A stretch of DNA of 63,765 nt, the filler included, from Chrysochromulina tobinii (taxonomy: Eukaryota), in assembly GCA_001275005.1 (NCBI GenBank). It is 5 parts of 5 records of this genome, joined end to end, with 100 filler letters (N's around TTAATTAATTAA, not from the genome) between each part and the next. Parts side by side here need not be neighbours in the genome. Positions count along the whole stretch, not along the records: positions 30,557 to 43,854 come from JWZX01001200.1; 4 more parts are not named here. One strand, written 5' to 3'. Position 1 is the stretch's first letter, and each line of letters opens with the position of its first letter. Below, one piece after another: positions 31,193-40,129 of this stretch. Under the pieces are notes generated by a model, which was given only the letters and a program-made list of their open reading frames with translations, did not search any database and had not been told where the DNA came from. The translations under genes and the position numbers were made by a program.

Positions 31193-33074
31193 TCATGCTG
31201 CGCGAGCCCGCCAGGCCGCAAACGCCTCACAGTGTTGCACATGCTCGAGAGGCTCCCACGTGTTGTCATCCGCGCTCCACCCTTCCCACTTGACAAGGAA
31301 TTCCGTTTTCTTTCCTTTGATGCGCTCGTCCACGATGCACTCGACGTCATACGCATCCGCGTCGCTGCTCTCGTCGCTGCTCTCGTCGTTGCTCTCCTCC
31401 ATGATCTCATCGTCGCTGCTCTCGTCGCCCAGGGCGTAATGTTCATCGAACAAGCCCGTCTTCTTGGTCTTCTTGGCTGCACCTGTTGGCCTCTTGGCTG
31501 CCACCGGGGGCTCCTTCGGTGGCTCCTTCGTCACGTACTTCGCCTTGAGCCAGCCGGACTTGAAGTTGAAGACGGAAATCTTCAACCAGTGCTCGTCGAC
31601 GAGGGTGACGTCATCGGCTTGATACAGCGTCTTCTCCTCGATAATCTCCACCCTTGCACCCTTATCAACGCACAGGGCGTAATCGTTCTCGACGTCAATG
31701 TAGATGATGTTCGCTTCCTGACCTGATGGCTCGGGCGCGGACCGCAATCCGATCGATTCGGTCAGTGAGGTGATGACGCCGAAGGACTTTGCTGCTGGCT
31801 CCAGAGGCCTCTTCGCAGCGGCGGCCTTTGGTGCTTTCGCAGCGGCGGCCCTTGCTGATTTGGCGAGCGTTTTTGCAGCAGGAACGCGCCCCTTTTTTGC
31901 GCGCTGCGTCCCTGCTGGTGGAACGATGGGCGGCATAACCTCGTCGCCCAAGCATGGTGGGCGCGGCGGCAGCACGTTGCTTGCCACAGTAGCTGCGTCA
32001 CGCAGGATCTGAAGGTTAGCAGCTTTTGTTGTTGGAGACAGCTTGCGCATCGCAATAGAAGGCGCAACCTGTGGCTTTGCTTGCAAAGCGCCAGCCAGCA
32101 CGAGCTTGTTGGGGGCAGGCGGCTCCGCGCGAGGCGCGGAAGGCTGCGTCGTCGGGATCACGTTCTCCTTGGTGTTCACGAAGTACTTGGGCTCCTGTGC
32201 GACAGTTGTGACCGAGCCCAGAAAGAGTTTGTCGAGCGAGCCGTCGCGAGCTGTACCGTCAATGTCGGCCTGGTCAACCACGTGTTGGAGGCTCTTCGAA
32301 TAGATCGTCTGTGAGGAGGCAGCACAGATGTACAGTCAGTAAATATGTGCAAAAAGGCGGAGTGAGCAGGATCTGCGAGCGTACCGAAGCGCTGCTCCGA
32401 CGGCCCATTGCCGCGCGACCCTTGAGGATTTTTTTCCAATCGCCACTAAACGCGGGCTTGCCGAGGTACTTCAACTTCAGCAGCTTGGCGTACCTCTTCT
32501 CCACTTCCTTGTCGCCAGAGACGTAGTTGTCGGCGAGTGCACGCTGCAGGAACACGTGCTTCGAGATCTGCTTGGTGTCGTTCGCCGATAGGTCGTTGAC
32601 GAACGGGTTCTCTGTCTCGTACTCCATGGTGTCAAGCACACCGGGAAGCTGGATCGCGTCCAGTGTGCCTTCAAGCTTGAGCTTCTCGCCGAGCTTGATG
32701 TTGTCCTTGGGCGCGTACGAAGGCGCCCTGACACCGCCAGCGCTGCTGAGCACCAGAGCAGCAGACACGGGCGCACCTGGAGCAATGGTGGTGAACTGAT
32801 GCTGGAGAAGGTGTTGGATTGAACGCATCCAACCAAGACGACCTTCCGGATGCGTCTCCGACTGAGTTGCCTTGACGACCACGTTCTGGATCATTGCGAC
32901 TGTGACCCATGGTTGCCTCAAGCAGCCCACCGTGATCAACCCGAACTCGGACGCGAGTGATTCGTGGATTTGTCTTGCCTCATCCATGAAGCCCATCTGT
33001 TTTCCGACGACTTCATTCCAGAAGGACGCGCTCATATCGTCGTCGCTGAACTTCTTGAAGGCGACGAGCGCCAT
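31193..33074 (-). CDS. Transposon-borne accessory protein (~601 aa): unknown N-terminal domain, SH3-like domain, acidic tract, C-terminal chromodomain; exons 33074-32385, 32308-31193
   Basis: GT-AG intron 32309-32384 joins the two ORFs in frame; ALCVDKGARVEIIEE...HWLKI...SGWLKAKYV is SH3-like; YDVECIVDERIKGKKTEFLVKWEGWSADDNTWEPLEHV is a chromodomain. Confidence 0.85.
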
Positions 33075-33165
33075 CGAGACAGCCGGCAGCCCACGACACT
33101 TGAACGACGAGCGGCATTGTCAGCTCACCAGATGAGATTTGAATGAAAGGCAGTCTCTCCAAATA

Positions 33166-33323
33166 TTTGAAAACACGAGCTGTGAAACCCAGAAACCCCA
33201 ATAGTTTCGACCTCATTACAGCCTTATGAGTGGCCTCAGTACTATTTATACAGTTTCGTTGGTCTGCTATTTTTATTTGTCAATCAGTCAGTTTCTGATT
33301 TGAAAACTCGAGCTCTGAAACCC
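33166..33323. promoter_or_regulatory. Duplicated 25-bp motif in the divergent promoter region of the transposon
   Basis: tttgaaaacacgagctgtgaaaccc (~33166-33190) and tttgaaaactcgagctctgaaaccc (~33299-33323), between the two ATGs. Confidence 0.5.
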
Positions 33324-33358
33324 AGTCTCGCCCCAATAATTTGGATCTGAACGCGTCG

Positions 33359-35552
33359 ATGCGCTGTGGAGGTTGCGAGCGGCAGATCAAGAGCTTGGCG
33401 GCACACCTGCGAGAGAACACTCCCTGCCGCAGCTTTTACGAGGACGATGACTCTGACGAGGACATATCGAAGTCGGTGCCGATCGATGATAGTGACGATG
33501 AAGTGACCAAGTCGATCATAGAAGATGGGCACACATCAACGAGAGTGCAGATGGTTGCCGCAGACCTGGCAGACCTCCGCTTCGAGCATGGCCTCAACCA
33601 GGAGGGCATCGTTGCGCTTCAATCGTCGGTGCGCCGGTGGATGAAGGACGTCGCAAACGATGTTGCCAGGGAGCTCGAAGCTCTCGTGTCTTCGGGTTTG
33701 TTGGCGACCGAGCGCGCGCAGAGAGTGGCCGACAAGGTGGGCGTGGACATCTTCGCTTCGCTTTCGACCGCCCATCAGGAGCTCATGCAAATGAAGAAAG
33801 GCACGCGCTATCTCGAACCGCGGATCACCACGATTGGCAGCGAGACCGTTGCTTCGTTCGACCTCGGCGAACTGTACGCTCGGCACCTGCAAACTGACGA
33901 GAGCTTTCGGAAGCTCGTTGTTCGCAAGTCGGACGCCTGGAAAACAGGAGACAAGTGGCGGACGCAGCCCACGACTCTCGCTGACATTGAGGACGGGGTC
34001 GCGATGCGTTTTCATCCTCATCTCTTGCGGCCTGCAACATCCGACGAGGCCATCGACCTTCGCATCGCTATTAATGTTAACGCTGACGATATCGAGGTGC
34101 GTCCGGCGGAGACACGTGATTGTTGCCCGCCGCTGCCCTCATCCTAATCTCGTGCTCTGCAGGTAGCTAACCCCCTTGGCACTGCCCGAGGAGAGCATAA
34201 AGAATGTGGCGTGCAAATCGCAACGTGCAACCTACCGGCGACTGAGAGATTCAAGATGGAGAACATCTTCTTGCACACTCTCGCAAAGGCTAAGCTGTAC
34301 AAGAAGGTAGGCATGTCGAGAGTCCTGTGCGGCGTGGACCAAGCAACGGGCAAGGTTCACACGGACGAGCCGAATCTCGCCAGAGACCTTCGCGAGCTTA
34401 GCACGGTTGGCAGGCTAATCGAGATCCCCGACGATGTTCATGGCGGGTCAACAACAGTACGGCTGAAAGTCTACCATATCGTGTCTTCGTGTGACTATCT
34501 GGGTGCCATGTCGTTGCTCCCAAACGCCGAGTCTCCCGGGTCGCACTTCTTCTGCCGTACGTGCTACGTGGATGCCTCTGACGCTGACTGCCACCGCCCC
34601 TTCTCATTTACCATTTATGCGGACTCAGCAGGCGGGTAAGCGCAAGATTCCGGAGCGCAACTGGCCCGAGCTCAAGGAGGTGATTGCAAAGCTGCGCAAA
34701 GGCGAGGGCGACAGCAAGAAGATCATGCACGACCACGGTCTCAACAAGCTGTTCTTTGCGCTCGATCCTGATTACATCCCGCACGTGGACCCAACCACAA
34801 TCGCACCGATCGACCTGCTTCACCTCTTCCCAGATGGCCTGCTGCGGTCTGAGCTCGCGTGGATGCTGTTCATCTTCATGAAGATGGGCCTCAAGACCGA
34901 CGCCATCAACACGCGTGTGCGTGCGTATAGCAGGCAGAGCCCAACATTCCCCAAGGACGTGCGCATCCCGGCCTTCAAGGACAAGTTGTCGAAAGGGATC
35001 AAAGGCGGCATACCTGACTCCTCCTCGACCGTCAACATGACAGGCTCGCAATGCATGCACTTTTCAGTGCACAGGTGAGCGCAATAGCATGTTGCCCCGC
35101 TCACACTGCAAACTGACGGTCGCAATGCACCCTGCTCCTCTCGCAGCGCGCAGATCCTGCAACCCATCCTGACAGCGCAGATGATGGCGCACCCGGCCTG
35201 GGCAAGCTGGCTCAAGCTGGTGGAACTTTTTGCGTACACCCTGCAATCGGAGCTGCAGGTCAACGACATCAAGGTCATCGACACCCTCCAGCTGCAACAC
35301 TCGTCGCTTTTTGATGCGGTCCCCGAGTACAATGGCCTGAAGCGACCCAAGCACCACTTCTGTACTCATCTAGCTGATGATATCTACAGGTACGGGCCAC
35401 CGCGCGGCTTTTGGTGCTTTGGGTTCGAGGGCTTCAATAGGATAATCAAGAGAGGAGCACGCATGAGTAACTGGAAGAACACTACTGTCAGTATCATGCA
35501 GTATTGGTCAGCGCGGTCCGCACGCGCATTGATGCGTATGTGCGGCGGATGA
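33359..35552 (+). pseudogene. CMC/EnSpm-type DDE transposase, frameshifted (about 682 aa when repaired); exons 33359-34096, 34163-35074, 35147-35552
   Basis: NADDIE|VANPLG..HK, NLP, CDYLG, ES...FCRTC, DLLHLFPDG, PKHHFCTH, YGP...WCFGFEG, NWKN; N-terminal CxxC...H...C zinc finger; 7-nt duplication at 34605-34617 shifts the frame. Confidence 0.85.
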
Positions 35553-35618
35553 GCTCGATACACGATAGTGTGAATGGTGTACCGTGAATACTGTAATCTA
35601 CTGTAATCACCACAAAAG

Positions 35619-35743
35619 GCCGACGACACTACCAACGTTAGTAGTTCACTACCAACGTCAGGGGTTGGTAGTGAGGTTAGTAGTTCGTTACCAACCCCAG
35701 ACCTAGTAACGAACTTGGTTACGAATCAAGTTTTGTTGTTGTG
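35619..35743 (-). repeat. Right terminal inverted repeat
   Basis: Exact reverse complement of 30941-31065. Confidence 0.97.
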
Positions 35744-35831
35744 TAGCACACGCTGCCTGGTGGCATTTTTTACTTACTTACTTACTACAAGGTGCGACAT
35801 GCGAGGACGACCTACACAAACTCGCCCCGGC

Positions 35832-37958
35832 TCATACGAAAGTTGGTATGGCCTCGACGCAAACAAAGTTCTTGCCGCACTCCTCGACGAGGACGCCTGA
35901 AGCCTTGCCGGGGGTCACTTCTATCGAGACCTCCATCATGGTCATCGGCGGGAAGAGCCACTCCTTCTCATCCTCGAACTGCGAGAGCAGGCTGATGTCC
36001 GCGCCTCGATGGTAGCCTGCATCCGTCTCCGGCCCGCATTTGAGGCACCACAGTAGGTTGGGCGCGCCGTTGCCAGCCATGTAGTGCAGCGCCGTCTCGC
36101 GTTCGGCAGAGGTGGACATGAAGGCCGTCTCCGTGGCGATGATGGTGCCGATCTCGTCTGCCAGCCAAAACGTCTTGGGAAGCTCGCCACGTGCTCCGCG
36201 CCAGAGATGTGTGCATGCCTCCTCGGGTGTCGACACAGCGCTCAGCTTGCGAATCCCATTGATGACGTGGCGCGTGGTGGCCACGAACGTGAGGCTCGCA
36301 TGGCGCGCGAGCTGCTCACGGAACTGGCCATCCAATTTGCTCACGTTGCGCAAGAAGGCGTTGATGGGCTGGAAAGCCGGGCCGGAGTACAGCCGGATAG
36401 CGAGCACCTCGTCGAGTGTTAGGAATGCATGCTCGTCTTCCAGGAAGGTTCCGTGACCTTTCTGCCTCCGATTGAGGATGAATTCGTTCACGCGCTCTTG
36501 GAACTCAGCGGGCATGCATCCCCCATTGCGTGCGTCGCGTGTGCCTGGCGTGCAATCGTCCAAGGGCAGCGCCGGACCGCACACGTACTGGAACTCGTCA
36601 CGCGCACAGTAGTGTCGCCCCTTCCAATCTTTCCATTCCAGGTCGCGATCCCACTCTAGCGCCATCGTGAGCACCGGGCGCGCGAGCACGTCGTCGAGGC
36701 CGCTGACAAACTCTTTGCGGCACGCGTAGCTCAGTGTGACCAGGTCGGCGACTCCACACAGCTTCGCTCCAATCGAGAATTCCTCACCATCGGCCACCTC
36801 TGCATCGGCGTCATCGCTGCACGCGGCACCATTAGGCTTCCTATACGTCGCGGTGAAGACGAGCAGCCGTTGACGCGGGAAGACGCCTGGCACGGGAGAC
36901 TCCCAACCGCCGGCCGGCACCACCTGCTTGAGACGAAACAGGCAATTGGGCGGGAACACGCCGCTCTCTTTGCTCGTCATCACCGGCGAGTGGCACCCAA
37001 ACTCGTCGTCCTCGGCCGTCTCGAAGCACACCACGTCCGACTCCTGCATCGTATACACGTACCCTCCGTCGCTCCCTTTCGAGCGCACGACGAAGCCGCC
37101 CTCGCCGAACACATCCCTCGAAGCGCTGCACGTGCCAGTGACGAGCGAAGAGCCACTCAGCCCACGAAAGCCCGTCGCGTCGCCCCTCTCCACGGACGCG
37201 TCGGCCCAACGAGGATCGCGGTCGGCTAGGGAATCGAAGCCCTTTCGGTACCAGTACAAACGCGGAGGCAGCGGATAGCCCTCTTGACGCTGAGTGGAGC
37301 GCTGCGCGTGAATGACGTTGAAGAGCGCGTGCGTCGATGCCGAGTAGCTTGGGTCATGAGAAGCGAGTGCTGTCGATAAGATGCCGTTCACAGCCGGGTT
37401 CGAAAGTACGCGGAAACACTCGGCACGCTTCCCTGGCCATCCGATGGCGGTCGCGCGCTTGATGGCGTCCGAGAGCGAATCGATCATCCAATCGAGGTCC
37501 TGGTGCTTACGCACGTACTCCTCGTTGGCCTGGTCGTGTTTGCCAGCGCGCCTATTCGATGCGACCTTCATGCTGACCCACTCGTCTCTCCATGTGCGAC
37601 CTTCTGGCGCCGGGCCGATCTGGTCCTCGAGTGTTTTGAGATGACCGGCACGCGATGTTGGCGCCTCCTGCGGTACAAGCGTCTCGAGAGCCTGCTGAGA
37701 GCGCTTCAGCTCTTGCTGAAGCGTCAAGATGGATTGTCGGACGAGAGCCACAGCCGCATCTCCGCTTCCTGGGTCATCCTTGATGAGTTGGCCGGCTCGC
37801 AGGATGTAGATTGCGTGTTCAGATGAGGTGCGGCACCTCGAAAGGGCGACACCCATGATGCGCTTGCGCAACTGCTCGAGGGCGTAGGCGAGGGCGGCGG
37901 CGGCGAGGGCGGCGGTGGTGAGGGAGAGGGCTTGGCGCATTGGAGAACTTCTGTACAT
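35832..37958 (-). CDS. ADP-ribosyltransferase (R-S-E/ARTC class) with an upstream degenerate ART-like domain
   Basis: AIRLYSGPAFQPINAFLR, LWRG, FMSTS, GADISLLSQFEDEKEWLFPP; an earlier segment ends similarly in SGVFPPNCLFRL. Confidence 0.8.
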   Translation of the reverse strand: MYRSSPMRQALSLTTAALAAAALAYALEQLRKRIMGVALSRCRTSSEHAIYILRAGQLIKDDPGSGDAAVALVRQSILTLQQELKRSQQALETLVPQEAPTSRAGHLKTLEDQIGPAPEGRTWRDEWVSMKVASNRRAGKHDQANEEYVRKHQDLDWMIDSLSDAIKRATAIGWPGKRAECFRVLSNPAVNGILSTALASHDPSYSASTHALFNVIHAQRSTQRQEGYPLPPRLYWYRKGFDSLADRDPRWADASVERGDATGFRGLSGSSLVTGTCSASRDVFGEGGFVVRSKGSDGGYVYTMQESDVVCFETAEDDEFGCHSPVMTSKESGVFPPNCLFRLKQVVPAGGWESPVPGVFPRQRLLVFTATYRKPNGAACSDDADAEVADGEEFSIGAKLCGVADLVTLSYACRKEFVSGLDDVLARPVLTMALEWDRDLEWKDWKGRHYCARDEFQYVCGPALPLDDCTPGTRDARNGGCMPAEFQERVNEFILNRRQKGHGTFLEDEHAFLTLDEVLAIRLYSGPAFQPINAFLRNVSKLDGQFREQLARHASLTFVATTRHVINGIRKLSAVSTPEEACTHLWRGARGELPKTFWLADEIGTIIATETAFMSTSAERETALHYMAGNGAPNLLWCLKCGPETDAGYHRGADISLLSQFEDEKEWLFPPMTMMEVSIEVTPGKASGVLVEECGKNFVCVEAIPTFV

Positions 37959-38102
37959 GAAGTTTTGCTACCACAATGCAAACAAGTTTCGGGCGGCGCT
38001 GCGCTGCTGGTGGTCTGTTCGCGCAGAGAACAGTGTGGAACTGCCTGTGGAAACACTTTTGACGCGAGGGGGACCTTCGTTTTTGCACGCGACGCGAGGC
38101 CA

Positions 38103-39431
38103 ATGGAAATAGTTGAGCGCCCTCCTGCAGCCTCCGGCGGCTGCTGCCTTGCCGTCGCCCTCGGTGGAGGCTCCGACTGCATCGGCGCGCTCGCGCTCGC
38201 CAGGGCGCTTGGATACGAGGACGTCGTGCTCGTGATGCCCAGTGGCGGCAAGTCAGGAGGAAGCCAAGTGGTGTGCGAGCCGGTGAGTGCGGCGGAGGCT
38301 CCGGCGTTGCCTCCGGGCGGCGACTTCTACTCCAACGACACCATGCTCGCCTACCTCCTCTCGCTGCCGATCGGCCTCCGGCCGACGGTCGCAAAGTTCC
38401 TCGTCCAGCCCAAGGACGCGGCAGGCGCCAAGAGTTTCTCGCTAGCATCGCTCAATGCGACAACAGACGCGCTGCTCGCGCTCGCACGCACGCATCAGTG
38501 CACGGCCATTGCCGGGCTCGACTTTGGCGGGGATGTGGTCCTTCCTGAACCGCTCCTCGACGACTTCAAGCGGCGGTTAGAGCAGCAGCCGCAGCCGCTG
38601 TCGCAGCCGAACATGGATCAGAGTGCCAGAATAGCCAGCGACGATGCAGCCGACAGAGCAGTGGTTCCGTCGGCTGCCGAACGAGTCGGTGCGGTGGCTG
38701 GGCGCGGCGTTAAGCGCGCGGCGGAGGACGAACCGGAGGGCGGGGCCCCCTCGGCACGCGCCCGCGAGGACGACCCCGTGAGCGCAGACCCCGTGAGCAC
38801 AGATCAAGAGTCCTTGATCAAGCAGCGCGACACTCTCAATCTCCACGCGGTCGGGGCGGTGGCGCGAAAGCTCGGGGTGCCCGCGACGCTCGTCGCTTCA
38901 GCGCCAGGCGTGGATGCCGCTGCGGTTGCGCCCGAGTACGCACGGCGTCTGGGCGGACCCGGCGGCGCGACAGTCCCCGTCTTCGCCATGGGCGCGGATG
39001 AGGCGAACCCGTGTTCCCTCGCGCCTGTGCCAGGGCCCGCTCCGCCGTGCTCGCTGCCAGAGCTGCCTGAGGCGCTCACGAGAGCGCGGATGCCCGCACC
39101 CGTCGAGGCCGCCTTCGTGCACGAGCTGCGACGGCTCGCCGAGCGCATCGCCTACGACGCGCGCGCTCAACTGCAGCTGCAGCGCGAGCATGCGTACAAG
39201 ACGTATTCGCTCGTGGCCGCGTGCGCCGCGAAGCTCGAGGCGTCAGGCGCCTTGCCGGGCGCGCTCGTGAAAGACGCGCCAAGCAGCGCGAGCGATGTCG
39301 AAGACTTCTTCGTACTTGGCGCGTTCAGGCCTTCGGAAAAGGCGCGCGCGCACATGCATGCATCCACCGTGCTCGGGCTCTTCGACGTCGCCGGATGGGT
39401 ATGGGAGTGGGGCGGGCCGCTTGGATCGTGA
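38103..39431 (+). CDS. DUF1152-like protein
   Basis: AVALGGGSDCIGA, IAGLDFGGDVVL, RD.L.L...APGVDA resemble DUF1152 motifs. Confidence 0.55.
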   Translation: MEIVERPPAASGGCCLAVALGGGSDCIGALALARALGYEDVVLVMPSGGKSGGSQVVCEPVSAAEAPALPPGGDFYSNDTMLAYLLSLPIGLRPTVAKFLVQPKDAAGAKSFSLASLNATTDALLALARTHQCTAIAGLDFGGDVVLPEPLLDDFKRRLEQQPQPLSQPNMDQSARIASDDAADRAVVPSAAERVGAVAGRGVKRAAEDEPEGGAPSARAREDDPVSADPVSTDQESLIKQRDTLNLHAVGAVARKLGVPATLVASAPGVDAAAVAPEYARRLGGPGGATVPVFAMGADEANPCSLAPVPGPAPPCSLPELPEALTRARMPAPVEAAFVHELRRLAERIAYDARAQLQLQREHAYKTYSLVAACAAKLEASGALPGALVKDAPSSASDVEDFFVLGAFRPSEKARAHMHASTVLGLFDVAGWVWEWGGPLGS

Positions 39432-39629
39432 CCCATAGTGAACTGTGACTGCTCCAGGACGATTTCCTGCCATGCTCCATGGTGCCCGTGGTGCCAATGG
39501 TGCCTAACAAAATCGAACGGCATCGTATTACGCCTAGCATTGCCAATTGCACGCACACGCGGCATTCGGTTGTCGACACATTCACGCCCGATCGACCCCG
39601 CACCAAAATGCCCACTCGAGACTAAAAAA

Positions 39630-39697
39630 CCTTAAATAACACGGGTCCTTAAATAACACGGGTCCGCCCCGAGTCCACCTTAAATAACACGGGTCCG
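39630..39697. repeat. Three copies of CCTTAAATAACACGGGTCC in an intergenic region
   Basis: Two adjacent copies (sharing CC) plus a third after a short spacer. Confidence 0.85.
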
Positions 39698-40129
39698 CAC
39701 ATGACCACAATCTTAGTTTACTGCATACGCATACGGATACGGATCCGAGTCTTGCGCAACCCGTTTCTGGCGCGTTTGCCGTTTCCCACCAGCATCTTTT
39801 CAACCATCTTTTTACATCACTGCGGGCGTGTGTGACTCGATTGCCGCCGCGCGTGACGCCCTTTAAAGCGAAACAGTATCGGTAACGCGGGGGCTGTCCC
39901 GTGTCCAGGGTCTTGTGAAAGGTAGACGCTAGACCATTCACCATATGCATATCCAGCTATGACGAGAATCATAATCATCCTGATCCTCCGACGTTTTAAA
40001 TTAAACGACGTGTTCGATGACGATGCGAACCTCAAACCTGAAAAACATAGATGTCATGGATTCTAGAGCTTAACTGATTGAGTTCGAACGTACAATGAAG
40101 CGTTAAATTGTCCCTAATGTTCCACCGCA

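Larger units (their letters stand above)
30941..35743. mobile_element. CACTA/EnSpm (CMC superfamily)-like DNA transposon, 4803 bp, with two divergent genes
   Basis: Termini CAC...GTG flanked by TA on both sides; 125-bp perfect TIRs; encodes a CMC-type transposase and a chromodomain protein. Confidence 0.92.

Noticed and set aside
12691..37958. Kinase-PARP and ART genes as one ADP-ribosylation defence cluster
   Set aside because: Separated by two contig spacers; physical linkage unsupported
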